DNA of 64,000 nt from Monocercomonoides exilis PA203 (taxonomy: Eukaryota > Protista > Preaxostyla), in assembly GCA_001643675.2 (NCBI GenBank), contig LSRY02000065.1, positions 62,001-126,000 of the forward strand, in the 5' to 3' direction. The notes under the pieces were generated by a model. The model made no database searches. It had not been told where the DNA came from and saw nothing but the letters and a program-made list of their open reading frames with translations. Shown one piece after another: positions 37,703 to 51,586 of the stretch (its first letter is position 1; every line of letters begins with the position of its first letter). A program made the position numbers and the translations under genes.

Positions 37703-39176
37703 ATGACAATGCGCACTGAAGATAAGCATATCGGTGAGTTTCAAAAGTTGACACCTACAGAGAAGTTTTTAAGTTTGCGCGAAAAATTTAATGGCTTGAT
37801 TGTTCAGCTTCATTTTATTTAATGATCCTTTAAGAATTGTTTTCTGAGCTTGAAGATTGCGATGAAGAAGAGCAGAAACAGAAGGTCAAAATCGAAGAAA
37901 TGTCCAAAGTGATGGAAGTGATGGATAAAGATGAATTAAAAACTGTTATCACGAGATGTCTGTTCAATGAAATAGATAAAATGATTGAAAAAGAGAAAAT
38001 TACGTTGGGAAAAGCAATTTTGTTATTGAAGCGCGTTGGATATTGCAAAATAATGAAAAGTGCATGGGGAAGTTCTTTTTTTCATTCTAAATTGAACGGA
38101 AGATTTAAAGAGATGATTATTGATGAATATAAGAAAAAAGAAAAAGTCGAAGCGCTGCTGGCTGATCTTTGTGGATGCTTTATTTTTCTTAGTTATGACT
38201 TCTCTTCAGAATTACTATCGATTTGTATTCCTTGCCTTCTGAAAGTTGCATCGAAGAAAGAGGGAAACGTGGAAGCTCAAAAAGAAGTGGAAATGGCTTT
38301 GCTGGCTATGTCAAATATTGGACAATTTAAAGTGTGTCGAGCTGGCTTGATTGCTTGAGTGCAAAATTATTTTGTTTTATTAATTTATTTTTATTTTTAT
38401 TTTTTGAATAGGAAATGAAAAAAGAATTATTTTTGAATGAAATCAAAGATATCATCCAACATCATCAGGAGAATCACAATCTCACAAAGCTTGCCTATCA
38501 ATGTGCTTGGGAGTTTATGATGGACAGATTTGCGAATGACAAAAGCTTGGAAGAACTCATCGTGAATAAGCTGCATTTTGCTAGAGAGACAGCGAGAGAA
38601 CTGGAAGAGCTTACAAAAAATGTGGACTGGAAGAGAGAGAAAGAAGAGGAAAGAAGAGGAAAAGAAGGGAAAGAAGTGTTTATTATCGGGAGATGGTTAT
38701 CTGCAATTTATGATTTCTTTTATTTGAGCAAATTGTGGAATGAAGAATTTTTTGAACTCATCAGCAGCATTGTTCAGGTGCAACAAGTAGCTATGGTTAA
38801 TTATAGAGAAATAAGCGTTTGGTGTATTTATTCATTAAGAGATGCAACAGAAAATAGAAATGTGGAAATTGATGACATGTTGAAAGGAGGAGCAGTTTAT
38901 ATTATGCTGGAAGAACTGAAACAATCATCTTTGAATGATGAAATTATGAAGGATTGCTTTCGTTTCTTTTTTGAAATTTCAGAAAAACTGAAAGAAGAGA
39001 AGGTGAATGAAAAGAAAGAAGAGGAAAGAAAAGTGACAAAAATGGAGATGTATGAAAAGATGGAAGAAGAAGGATACGAAGATATCATTGCAAGCTTTCA
39101 TGGAATGATTTCAATTCGCTTCAAATATGATCATGGAATATCAAAAAATATTTCTGATTATTTTGCCAATGTTTAA
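37703..39176 (+). CDS. Lineage-specific expanded family protein, copy 3 (3 exons)
   Basis: Exons 37703-37772, 37835-38331, 38412-39176 in phase. Same motifs as copies 1 and 2. Confidence 0.82.
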
Positions 39177-39808
39177 CCAAATTCTTTTTATTTGATTTTG
39201 TAACTCCGAAATTGTTTTATTCTTTTTTTATTCATTCAAAAAATGATTTAAAAAAATTGAATGATTTTTATTTTTAATTTTTTTTTTCTTTTTCATCAAA
39301 TTCTCTAAAAAAGCAAGTCAATTATAATTGATTTCTCTCCCCCTCTTTTTTTCTCTTTCTTCTTTCTCTTTGGTATAGAAAACTATTTTTGTTGTTCATC
39401 TAATTTTTTGTTTCATTACCCTTCACTTCCATCCCATTCATTGTCTGAAAGAGACAGAAAGCCAATTAATAAGAGAAGCACGCTGTCTTTCTTGTCGAAA
39501 TAGAATGAAGAAGAAAAGAAATATCACAATCATTGAAATGAAGATCGATATTAGTGAACATGTAAGTCAGAGTTTGAAAATGAGGAAGAATGAAACGAAA
39601 AAGTTGAAACAGAAGATGAAAATAAACAGTTTGAATGAAATGAATAAGATGCATATGTTTATATTTCTTTTCTTTTCTTTCTTTTTTTTTTTCTTTTGTT
39701 TTTTTTCTTTCTTTCTTCTTTCTTTCTTTCTTTTTTGGATTATCTGTAAATGAACAGTTAAAATTGAAAGTATCAGCATAAAACACAAAAAAATTATTGT
39801 TTTGAAAT

Positions 39809-39989
39809 GGGACGAAAATTTTTTTGCTTTTTGAATTTTGTTCCACATGGAACTTTCAAAGATTTTCCTCGATTTTTGAATATTTCTATATTATACTTTT
39901 CATGTGAATGTCAGAAAAATAATCAAATGATTGCAGTTAAAGTTTGAAACAAATTATTGATTTTTTCATAAAAGTGAATATTCTGCCCC
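39809..39989. mobile_element. Short MITE-like element, AAAT TSD
   Basis: AAAT|GGGACGAAAAT...ATATTCTGCCCC|AAAT with imperfect TIRs. Confidence 0.45.
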
Positions 39990-40243
39990 AAATAATAAAT
40001 ATTAAAAAAAAAAATCATATGCTTGTATACATCATATATTAATTTTTACGTTAAATTTCACTGCTATAGAATAATGTCTGTTCAATTTCTTGGATAAAGT
40101 CAATATGGTGAAATGTGTTGATCCGAATGTTTAATTTTTTCAACTGGATTTGTGTTTGTGGTTTGAAAACCATTAGTTCTGGGCAAAGAATAATTCAAGT
40201 CTTTTTTATTATTTTGTCAGCTTGATTGCATAGATGTATAAAT

Positions 40244-41582
40244 ATGTCAAAAAAGAGAAAAGATGATTCAGATTCTGAAGATGAGGAAATTGACATAAAA
40301 CAACATAAAGTAATATTTCTTGGAGATGGAGCAGTTGGGAAAACATCTTTAATTTTAAGATTCGTGCAAAATCGCTTTGATCCGGATCATAAATACAAGC
40401 AAACAATAGGACTTGATTTTTTTATGAAACAACAACAGTTAAATAGTATGAATTTGAGTATTTTTGCTTTTTTTGACGACTAAGCCTTATTCTCCAATTG
40501 AAACAATCTGCTAAACAGAAACAAAGCAAGCTGTACTTCAATGCTGGGATATTGGTGGGCAGACCATTGGGCAAAAGATGATTAAAAGTTATTTAAGAGG
40601 GGCTCATGCAATATTATTTGTATATGATATAACCAACCCTAGCTCATTCAAAAATTTGAAGCAGTGGAAAATATTTGTGGATGAAGTATTCAAAGCGTCT
40701 GATTCACAGCCAATTCTCGCGCTCGTTGGAAATAAAGGTGTGCAATATTTTCATATTTGCTTTTTCATTCACTTTTTTTTTTAACATTTTCCAAAAACGG
40801 GAAAAGTTGACATTGAATATCAACGAGAAGTTTCTGAAGAAAAGCATAATAAGTTCGCAAAAAAGCATAATATGAATAGATATTTTACGTTTGCATTAAA
40901 AATTTATTTCCAAGATTGCAGAAAAATTTAAACTCAAAATCATGATTTATATAACAGCTCAGCGCTTACCGGGCAAAATGTGGCTCCAATGATGCTTAGA
41001 GTGGCTTGTCAACTGAGTGGAGTTAAAGTTACGTCAACTCAACTCGAAACAGATTCAGTATGATTTTTTAAAGAAAGAAATTAAGATTTAATGAATAATT
41101 TTCTGATCGAATATTTCACTTTCTTTTCCTTTTTGTTAAATGTACACCTTTTAAATTTATTGCTTTTTCTATTTCACCCCCCCCCCCCCCCCCCCCCCCG
41201 CCCCCCACCTCTTAATCTTAATGGTTTATCATTCCCCGACGGAAAGTCTGCACCCGCTGTTGCAGCTATTCATCGCTTCGGTGAGCCGGTTGAAAGTTCT
41301 CCTGATGTCGAACAGTTAGCTTTATCGTCTTCTTCTTCTCCTTCATCTTTGCCTTCGTCGTCTTCGGCTCAAAGTGCTCTGCCTTATTCAAAGGGAACGT
41401 GGAAAGACGCTGATCTTAGGGCGGCAATGATTGATTCACTGAAAGACAAGAAAGACGCAAAAAAGAAAAAGAAGAAGAATTTGGATCAAACAGAAAAGAA
41501 AAATGAAGCTAAATCAAAAGAAGATAGCCATATTGAAAAGACCGAGGAACAACAAAAAAGCGAGAAATGTATAATTTTGTGA
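40244..41582 (+). CDS. RAB28: Rab28 small GTPase (5 exons)
   Basis: Exons 40244-40445, 40519-40737, 40807-40888, 40958-41057, 41247-41582. GDGAVGKT, YKQTIGLDFF, the Rab28-type WDIGGQTIG.KM, GNKVD, TSALTG, and a C-terminal CaaX CIIL. Confidence 0.9.
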
Positions 41583-41839
41583 ATAATATTTATGATTTGT
41601 TGAATAGAAAATTCTCATTTTTTTGTTTGAAAGTATTTGCAGATTAGATTTTTTATAATGTCAAATTAACTTGTTTAACACGTCTTTTTTTAAAAAAAAG
41701 AAAAGAAAAGAAAAGAAAAGAAAGAAAAAGAAAAAGAAAAAGAAAATAGAAAAAAGAAAAAAGAAGCGTTCAATCATTGAAATTGAATTTTTCGTGATCT
41801 CATTTTTCCCCAAAATTTTTTTATGTCCATATCATAAAT

Positions 41840-44535
41840 ATGGACGATGGACCACGAAGGCCTTTGAGCAAAAAAATAGTTGCATTATCACAATTAAAAG
41901 TAATACGCATGGCTGTAGTTCCTTGTGTAATTTGCTTATTCCTCATTTACCTTCTTATTGTGAAGCTTACTGTAAATTACATTATTCATCCCCACACCGA
42001 AATTTTTGACCCATGCATGAAGTTTCTCTTAAAATATGGTGCATTTGATGTTGTGGAATTTCGCATCGTTAGAGATAATTCTGTTTTAATGCAAGACCTT
42101 GAAATAATTCCAAAATTGAGTAGAATTGTGTGGAATTTGTTGTTTTGAAAAGAATTCATTAGTTTTATTTAAATTTTATCGGCACAAACTTTTCTCTTGC
42201 TTTTTCAAAGGGAGTTTCGGATTCAGATACTTTTAAGAGATACTATGAAGGAAAATTAACTCCAAGAGCAACTCTTCATCCAGGGCGTAACCTGCTTCTA
42301 ACTCCGTTGTTTCACTTTTTCTTTTGGCCTTTAAATGGTCTTGTAACTCTTAATCATTATTCTTATTCAACCGACAACATTGACCAATGGAAGGCGATGC
42401 AAAAGCAAACATCAATGTATTATCGCCCCGTGAACATTTCTGAAGCTGTTGAAGAAAGTATTTCGTGGGAAAACACCCTCGAAATTTGCAACGTCTGCCA
42501 CATGTTTTCGCCGAGGTTACGGAAGCATTTGTATGCCTCACATATCTTATCGACTTCATCCGAGAAAAATGAAAGTGCAAATAGCACCATTAAAACTTAT
42601 CTGGCATCGCCATTCGTGCATGTCTACGACATCCTTACAAGTTCAGCTTCTCCGCTCGAATTTCCTTTTGCAAGCTTTCCTCGTTCGCGGCCCTTCCGTG
42701 TCGCCACATTCGACCTCTTTCTTCCCTCCATCTTCTCATTTCACGACGCCCCCTTTCTCTCTGCCCTTTCCTCTGTCTTGCAGAGCTCAGAAGCACGCTC
42801 CTATTTGGAGACCCCTCTGTCGTTGTCTGCTGTGCCGCTGAAGAAATTCTCCCGCGGAGCATTTGACTCGTCGCTGCACAGTCCACAATTTCAAGGAGCG
42901 CTCTCTTATTTGAGCGATGCCTTTTCTTACTCCACTCTTTGCACGCATTTTCTGTCACTTGCAAAAACTGCCCTGAAAAGCATGTATAATTTTCTTTCTT
43001 CCTCAATTCACTTCTCATTTTCACCAAATCCTCAACTTGCGCCTTCTTCCAATGTTGCAACTTCATCATCATCATCATCATCATCATCAACTTCTTCTTC
43101 TTTGTCCTCCTCCTCTTTCTCTTCTTCTTCTTCTTCTCATCCCTCCTTCCTCATGCGCTGGCTGCACAAGCACTTCCGCATCTTCTCTGTGTGTGCGCGC
43201 AGTCTTCTTCTCGTCTTTCTCATCAAAAACATCACTCGCCTGCTTTCGCGCGTGTCCACACGCATCTTCATCACATCGCCCCTCTTTCAGGCTCATCTGA
43301 ACGACACACTCGGAACAGCCAGCGATTCTCCTTCTCCTTCTCCTCTTTCGCTTCCTCATTCTCTTCCTCATTCTCCTTCTCCTTCTCCTTCTGCTTCAGA
43401 ACAGTCACAAACAGAGAATGCTGTTGATATCAACTCTTATTCTGCCACAGTTTCTGCTTCTTCTGTGTCTTCCTCTTCCTCTGACTCTGATTCTGCACCA
43501 GTTGTTGATGCATTTCTTCCTCTTCCTCCCCATCCTCCCCATCCTCCTCCTCCTCATCATCATCAACATATCAACCACAACCACACCCATCATCATAATC
43601 ATCATAATCATAACCATCATCATCATCATCACCATCATCACTCCCCCCAGCAATACCCTCCCTTCTTCTTCGGCTGCTCCCTTCTCTCGATCTCCCGCAC
43701 CTTCCTCGCCACACTCGAAATGGCTGCCATCTGCTTCGTAGCTGTCCCCCTCGCTCTTCTCGTTGCCACACACGTCTGCGCTCCATTCTCCTCCTCCTCC
43801 GCATTTTCTGCCCTTCTCCTCCCGGTCTTCCTCCTCGCCTTCATCCTCTGCCCTTCCTACTCCTCTTCCGCCTCTTCTGCCTCTGACACCCACTCCGTCT
43901 TCGTCCAGACCACGTTCCGCTCTTCCAAAACAGAAGAGCTTTTTGCCTCTGCCTCCACTATGGTGCTGGCATTGCAGCTGTTTCTATCTGAGTCTGCGCC
44001 AAATGGCTTTGATTCGCTTCTGTCGCTGTGGGCAGCGGTGGCCGAGGGGGTGCTGTGTGTTGTGTGTTTGGTGTGTGCAGACAGCGAAGACTGCATCGAA
44101 GGCGAGGGAAATGGAGAAAATGAAGTGAATGGAGTGAATGGGGTGAATGCAGAGGGAAACAATGAAAATACACAAGGGAATACAGGAAATACAGGAAACG
44201 CAGGAAACACAGGAAACAATGAGAATTTAGCAGGAAATGGAGGAAATGGAGTGAATGTTGGAAATCCGCCTTCGAATGAGAACAATGCTGGCCATGAGGC
44301 AGAAGACGGCGGAGCACTTGCCGAAGAGTCAGATGATATGCTTCCTGAGACGAGCACAGAAGACGATGAAGATGAAGAAGATGAGGAAGACGAAGAGGAT
44401 TTGAGTGGGATTGCAGTGGAGGCTGGCTTGGAAGGCGATATTGCTTCGATTAACGTGTCGATCATTCGGCTTCATCCTTTTCTGCACATGTTGAATGAAG
44501 ACGAGCAACATAATGGAGAGCTTACAGGAAATTGA
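41840..44535 (+). CDS. Multi-pass membrane protein (~870 aa), divergent membralin/TMEM259-like
   Basis: Exons 41840-42127 and 42211-44535 in phase. N-terminal TM helix, luminal HVYDILTSS (cf. GYDDILMSS), LLLVFLIKNITRLLSRVSTRIF (cf. FTLSVSMLLRYSHHQIF), further TMs, Ser/His and acidic inserts. The gene itself is secure; the product call is tentative. Confidence 0.5.
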
Positions 44536-44575
44536 GTGAAAAGTTATGAAGTTATTGTTGTTGAAATGTCTTATT

Positions 44576-44577
<2 letters not shown>

Positions 44578-44664
<87 letters not shown>
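44578..44664. repeat. (ATT)29 microsatellite
   Basis: Uninterrupted ATT run just 3' of the stop codon. Confidence 0.95.
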
Positions 44665-45437
44665 TTGAAATTGTTATGATAATGTTTATTTTTCTTTATC
44701 TCTAATACACGTTTTTTTTAAAAAAAAAATACAAATGATTTATATTTTATATATTGAAGATAACTTTATGATACACTTTTTGAATTATTTTTGAACTATT
44801 TTTGAAGAATTTATTTTTAGGGTTTCAGATTTGAAAGAAACAATTTTATTTTATGCACTGCATATCAAATTGAAATGCCCGATGTCTGAATGTTTTGATT
44901 TTTATGCGTTGAAACTTGTTTCCATATTGTTCTTTATTTTTTATTTCATATTATTTTTGAAGAATTCAGAATTTTGTTAAAAGAGAGAGAAAAATTTGAA
45001 TAAAAAGAAACACTAAAATGCAAATACGGATGAATCTTTGTTTGGAAAATATCAAAAAAAGAATCAGAAATTTGATGAAATGATTGATGATTATGTTTTT
45101 ATTAAAAAATGAAATTTTTGTTAAAATTTATTATAATCTTTAAATTCATAATTTTTTTGTCTTTTTGTTTTTCCTATTATTTTTTTTTTAAAAAAAGAAA
45201 TATAAAAAAATAACTTTATTTCAACAAAAAGTAAAAAAAATAAACAAACTATATTATAATTCATTCATAGAAAAAATAGCATTTTCAACATCCATTTATT
45301 AAATAACGATATTTTCAATAGTTATGCAACTCCATTGTATGTTAAACTCATTCATCACTATTGGGAATACAATTTCAATCATTTTTTCATACACATCTTT
45401 AATTCACAAGCACCCTAACAATTCAATTTTATAGAAA

Positions 45438-45571
45438 TCATTCGTTTTTTTTATTATCATTCATATCACCTTCTGATTGCACATCCTCTGATTTTTGTAA
45501 CATATCTGTCTCTTTCTGGCTGTCATCTTGCTTTTTCTCCTTCTCCTTCTCTTTCTCTTTCTCTTTCTCTT

Positions 45572-45602
<31 letters not shown>

Positions 45603-48600
45603 TTCTCTTTCTCTTTCTCTTTCTCTTTCACTTCCATTTCTCTCTTCTTTTTGTCTGTCTCTTTCTTTTCTCTCATCTTTTCTATCACTTCTTCTATCAT
45701 CTCTTCGATCTTCTTTTCTCTCATCTTTTTGCCGTGTCTTTCCATCGCTGCTTGAAGATGCTTTGCTTTCATTCCTTGCTTTGCTCTCTTTATCTGCTGC
45801 AACGCTGCTCTTTTGCCCTTCTTTTTGCTTCTCTTTCTCTTTCTCTTTCTCTTTCTCTTTCTCTTTCTCTCTCTCCTCTCTATCGCGTGTTGTGTGCTTG
45901 CTTCGACTTCTATTTCGACTTCTGCTTCTTCTGTGCCTGTCTCTGCTTCTGCTGCGTCTCTTCCTCTGCTCTTCTTCTCCTCCTTTCTCTTTCTCTTTCT
46001 CTTTCTCTTTTCCCCTTTCTCTCTCCTTTTCTCTCTCCTTCTCTCTTTCTCTGTGACTGCTGTGTGCTCTTCTGCTTCTGCTTCTGCTTCTGTTTTGCGA
46101 GTGGCTCGCCTTCTTTTCTCTTCTTTCTCTGCTTCGTTGTCTGCTCCGACTCCTCTTTCTGCTTCTTTCTCTGCTTCTTTCTCGACTTCTGCTCTTTCTG
46201 TGCCTTCTTTCGCTTTCATCCCTTTTACTTCGATGTGACGACGACGAAGAAGAAGAAGATGATGATGATGAATGGTGTGTCTTGTCTGATGCCCTGCCTT
46301 CTTCCTGTTCTTTTCCACCTGATTGGAAGGGCTGCTCAGATGGATGCGCACTCTGCCCAGCACCGTCTCCGTAGAACTGCTGCGAAGACACAGGCACAGA
46401 CGACCCACCCCATCTGTCTCCCTCTCGCCCTCTCCCGCCCCCTCGCTCGCTCCCTCCGCCTCCTCCCCTCCTCCTCCGCCCTCGCCCTCTCCCCCGCCAC
46501 ATCCCTGGCCCACTCACTCCACCCACTCCAGGCACCCCAGGCACCCCATACCCCCATCCGCCATTCCCATATCCCTCACTCATTTCTCCCTCTCTGTCCC
46601 CTTCCCCTTGTCCCATTTGCCCCCCTCTCCTTCCCTCTCCCTCCTCTCCCCCCATCCGCCCTGCCCCTTCGCCATACACACTCCCACTCCCACTCCCACT
46701 CCCACTCCCACCCCCTGCCCCGCTGTTGTATCTGCCCCACCCCTGCTGCATCGGCAGAGGCGCATAAGGCGGCAGATAAGAAGGCATCCTCCCCGACGGC
46801 TGATAAGGCGGGGGTGGATAGCCAGGCGGTGCACCACTACCACCACTGCTGCTGTTGTTGTTGTTGTTGTTGTATCCAGCTGCATACGGCGCCATCCCAC
46901 CCGGCATGCCATACACCCCTCCACCATACCCCTGCCCACCTGCTGCATATCCTGTTGCCTGCTGCTGTTGTTGTTGGGGCAGAGAAGGATGAGGAGGAGG
47001 AAGAGTGTGAGGAGGAGGCATCCCATACGGCGGAGGCGCATACGGCTGATTGTATGGCGCATATCCCCCGCCATACGCTGCCCCGTATCCGCCCTGCCCC
47101 GCTGCCTGCCCGCCGCCTGCTGCTCCACCCGGCGCAATGGCTGCCAATGCCCCATTCGAATAGCCAGCCCCAGCTGCCATCGCCTGCTGTGGAGGTGCCA
47201 TCTCTTCTGCCTCTCCTTCTCCATTAGACACCCTGCTGTCTGTGCTGCTTTGTTGCTCTTCTCTTTCCTCTTTATCTTTATCTTCCTCTTCCTTTTCCTC
47301 TTTATTCTCATCATCTTCTCCTTCTGTCTGCTCCTCAATCCTCGATCGCTTCCGCCCAGCTGCCTCGTCTTCTCCCTTTTCATCATCACTTCCATCTTCT
47401 TCATCTTCATCTTCCTTTTCCTTTTCCTTATCATTTTCATCATCATCTTCATTTCCACTTTCTTTTTCCTTTTCTTCTTTCTCTTCGCTTTCATTTCCAC
47501 TTTCGCTTTCGCTTTCTTCTTCTTCTTCTTTCTTTTCTTCCTCTTCTTCAGTTTTGTCTGTTTGTTCGCCTTTTCCCATTTCTCCTCTTCCTCGCTTCCT
47601 TTTGCTCTTCTTCCCTATTTCTTCCATCAACTGCTCAGATGCTATGAAATGCAATCAGATCACAATTAAAAAGAAAAAAGAGAATGAACAAACGAACAAA
47701 TAAATAAAAGTGATGAAGAAAAGAAGAAAATTGATTGACAGTTATGATAATCAAAAAAAAAGTTGAATGATATTGTCTTGCTTTGTTGTTGTGAAATAAA
47801 ATCGAAAGAAGAAACAAAAAAATTCTCCAAATCCAAAATCACATAAAATAAACAAAAAAAGAGAAGCAAATGTTTTCTGAAAAAGAGCCATACAATTGTG
47901 CTTGCTGTCCTGCTCGTCTGCCTTTTCCTGTTCGGCTGGCTGCATCTGCATTGGCATTGGCATTGGCATTGGCATTGGCATTGGCATTGGCATAGGCATA
48001 GGCATCTGTGTCTGTGTCTGTGTCTGTGCTTGCATTGGCATAGGAGGATATCCTCCTTCTGCTCCACTTGCACCAACATATCCAGTCCCATTCACATTCA
48101 CATTCTCATTCATATTCAAATTAGCATTCATATTCATATTTGTATTTGTATTTCCATTTGTGTTGATATTCTCAACAGCACCAGGCGCATTCGGAGGAGG
48201 GGCATATCCTCTGCCATAGACAGGGCCAGCTGCATATGGCTGTGCTCCGCCATATCCTCCTCCCACGCCTCCTCCTTGTCTTCCTCCACCTCCTCCTCCA
48301 ATTGAAGGAGGCGGATACAAAAGAGGAGGAGCGTGTTGTGGCGGCATCTGCTGCATCTGCTGTGTGGGCGGAGTGGGCGGCAGAGGAGCATACGGCCCCA
48401 TTCCTCCGTATCTGCCTGGCGGAGGAGCATACGGCGCCTGCCCAGTCACTCCGCCCATCCGCTGCCCACCCCCATAATACGGCCCTGCTGGCGGGGCACC
48501 TGCCATTCTACCTGGCTGAACAGGTTGAACAGGTTGAACTGATTGCAGCGGCTGTGCTGGTTGCATTGGTTGCATTGGCTGAGTTGGCTGGATGGGCTGG

Positions 48601-51586
48601 ATGGGTGGTCGTGCAAACAGCGCCTTTCCTGTCTGCCCCATCTGCCCTGTCATTCCTGTCATTCCTGTCTGTCTTGTCTGCCCAAGCGTGTCTCCCCTCT
48701 CCTCTGCTGTGCTGCCCAGCCCTCCTTCGCTCAGCGTCCGAGGCGCAGACGCAGGCACCGACGGCTCCTTCTCGTTCAGCTCGGCCAGCAGATCCACATC
48801 TTCGTTCTGCAGCTTCTCCAGCGCTGTCAGCCGCACCGACGGTGACGGCGACGGAGATGGCGACGCCTGCCGCAGCTGCTGCCCAACGCCCATTCTTCCT
48901 CCGCCTCTCGTCCCTGATACACCTGAAACACCAGATACACCTGGGTGTGGGGAAAGGAAGGCCCTTTCATCCTCTCCTGGTCTTGCTGTCATTGCTGCTG
49001 CCACATTTGATGAAGCTGAAGAAGATGATGATGATGTGCCGGGTGCCACCACAGACAGGCTCGCCATGGATGGGATGGCCAGCGTGCGCAGATACTCCGC
49101 TGCCCGTGCCTGCACCGCTGCGTTCGGCTCGATCTGTGCCCGTGTGATGCCTGCCCCGCACACAGGGCAGCTCGGCCGCGCCGGCGGACGCATGTTCTGA
49201 AACCCGCACTGCCGGCAGATCACTGCCCCGCAGCACGTCATCGTCACTGCATCCTTCATCAGCCGCCGGCACAGCGGACACTGCAGCTCAGCTGGCACCA
49301 CAATTGGTGCTGGCGCTGGTGCTGGTGCTGGTGCTGATGCTGATGATGGTACAGGAACAGAAGAAGGGGCAGATGATGATGATGATGATAATGAAGGCAT
49401 GGAAGGTTGAGTCATCATGCCTTCTCTTCCTCCTCTGCCCATCCCTGAAGCACCCCGTGTGGATGCTGCCTGTGTCTGCGGTGTCTGCTGCCCCAGCAGA
49501 GGCTGAGTGTGCAGCGCAGGCGAAGAGAACGAGTCGTCCATCGGCCTGTTCCACCGCCTGTCCTGTGCCCGCACAATCTCCTCCACATACTGCCCGTCCT
49601 GCCCCACCAGACGCCGCTCAGACGGATCGAAGTCTTCATCCCGCCGACTGCCCCAAGAGAAAGAGAAAGAGAAAGAAAGAAAGAGAGTCGGATGTTTATA
49701 TTCATTTGTTGAATGGCAGAGTGTCCGACACATATAAATATGCAGATGGAGCACATTGCACATTGCACATTCAAATCACCAGTTTTGTTTGCAGTCATTC
49801 GTTTTGTTCACCAAAAAAATAAAATGAAAAAAAGAGAAAGAGAAAGAGAAGAAAAAGCACAATTCCATTCCATTGATGCATCGCCAGTTTCAAAAACATA
49901 AAAAAATAAACACACAAAAATGAAAATGATGATAATAATAAAATAAAAAAGGAAAAAAGAAAGGAAAGGAAAATGCAAATATCCGATTGAAATAAAACAG
50001 CTTTTGCAGCAACACTCAAAAGTCAACAGAAAACTCTTCGGATGGCCAGCAAAACTGCCAAAGCCAACAAAAATGGCTGGCAACTGTCATCGGCACTTGT
50101 CATTCTCTTGTTCTGCTGCCATCACACAAAACACAAAATAATAAAACAAAAACTGCAAAAAAAAAAAAGGCAAATGCCCAAACAGGCGCAACAGACACAC
50201 TCCACCACTTTGATGTGCGAGGCAGGGATTCCTGACACTGTCGAGAGCGGACAGTTCATCGTGCTGTGCCCCCTCCCCCCGCACCGCCCGCACACTTCGT
50301 CTTCTCCCCTGAACCCTCCTCCAAAGCGCCCGCCAAACCCTCCTGCGCCCCCACCTCCGCCCAGCCCTCCACCGCTCCCTCGCCCCGTCGCCACCGTCCA
50401 CTTGCTCCCCAAACGCCCTCGCAGCGGCCTGGCTCAGCAACACACAGCACCATTTGCACACAGCACAAGCGCCATCCACAAAACAAAACAAACAATAAAA
50501 TGGAAGAAGATGAGAAATAAACAATTTCAGCAAATAGCTCCACAAACCGTTGGTTCTGCTGCACAAACACATCTGTGTGCTTCTTGTAATAGTCCTCTTC
50601 CTCCTCTTCTTCCTGCGCTGCCCCCAGCCTTTGGCTCTCCAGATGCTCTGCTCGAATCCGCTCCTCGTTGATCTTTCAATTTCAGCCCAATCCAGGAGAA
50701 AAAAAAGTGTTCAGGAGAAGGACAATCAAATCAAAGGAGAACAAAGAACGAGAAGAAGAAGGAAGAAAAGAACAATGGAGCGCACATCAAATCCAAACAC
50801 CAGAGCGCAAATGTTGGAGAATACATGTGGAAAAGAGTTGAAATATAAAGCAGGCAATCCTTTGTGAAAAAAAAGAAAAATGTGAAGCTCAACAAAAAAC
50901 ACACAAAAGATGTCGGCCGGGGCTTTGGATCCACATCTCTTCAATTCAAGCACCATGCCAGCAGATAAGGATCAACCCGCAAAATAAATAGCGTAGAGCA
51001 TTGGAGTTTGCATCAAAATGGAAAAACATAACGAGAAAACGGAGAGAAAATCCAAATGCTGAATAAAAAGTGGGTGAAGCATCCAAACCGAGCATTCGGA
51101 AGCAGCGTTCGCGAGTTTGCAGAGGGCACACGCGAGACAATCACCTGCGTATCGTGCGTGAGCAGTTTGTTGTCTCTGTACTCTGCAGCGACCAATTTCA
51201 TGTTGCAAAGCACAAACAAATAAGTTTTAACAAAAAGGATATGACGAAAAGCAGCCACAAATGTTGATGCCATCAAACAATGACGTGAAGAAATAAAAAA
51301 GAAACTCACAGCGAAAAATGGAAAAAAGCCAAAAAAACAAAAAAAAATATTTTTTCTCTCGTAAAACAAATCAAATCCCGGCTATGTGGCAAACACAAAC
51401 TTCGCCACGGTGCACACCTTCGCCAGAGTTGGCATCCACAATGCGCAGATCGCCTTCCCCGAGAGGGATTTTCTCCTTCGTCGCAATTTCTTCTTTCAAG
51501 TCCCGCACGCTTATCAAAAACCCTGAAAACCCAATCGAGCTGAACCCTTTGTCTATCTCAAAACGGTAGTGAATCACGTTCGTCAT
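45438..51586 (-). CDS. RBBP6: RBBP6/Mpe1-like E3 ligase and cleavage-polyadenylation factor (~7 exons)
   Basis: DWNN (MTNVIHYRF...ISVRDLKEEI...DLRIVDANSGE/EY...QVIVSRVP), Zn knuckle CGRCGGRGHSTMNC, PSR-like SGIPASHIKVV..LVGQDGQYV, RING ELQCPLCRRLMKDAVTMTCCG..ICRQC..CPVC, then Pro/Gly and RS/charged tail. Large exons 49647-47894 and 47641-45438. Confidence 0.9.

Noticed and set aside
41091-41246. Poly-Pro stretch at the start of ORF 41091-41582
   Set aside because: It derives from a poly-C run inside Rab28 intron 4 (41058-41246).
45461-49822. Long overlapping ORFs on alternative frames and strands (e.g. 45734-47227, 46323-47669, 48236-49147)
   Set aside because: Shadow ORFs of the GC-rich, low-complexity RBBP6 exons.
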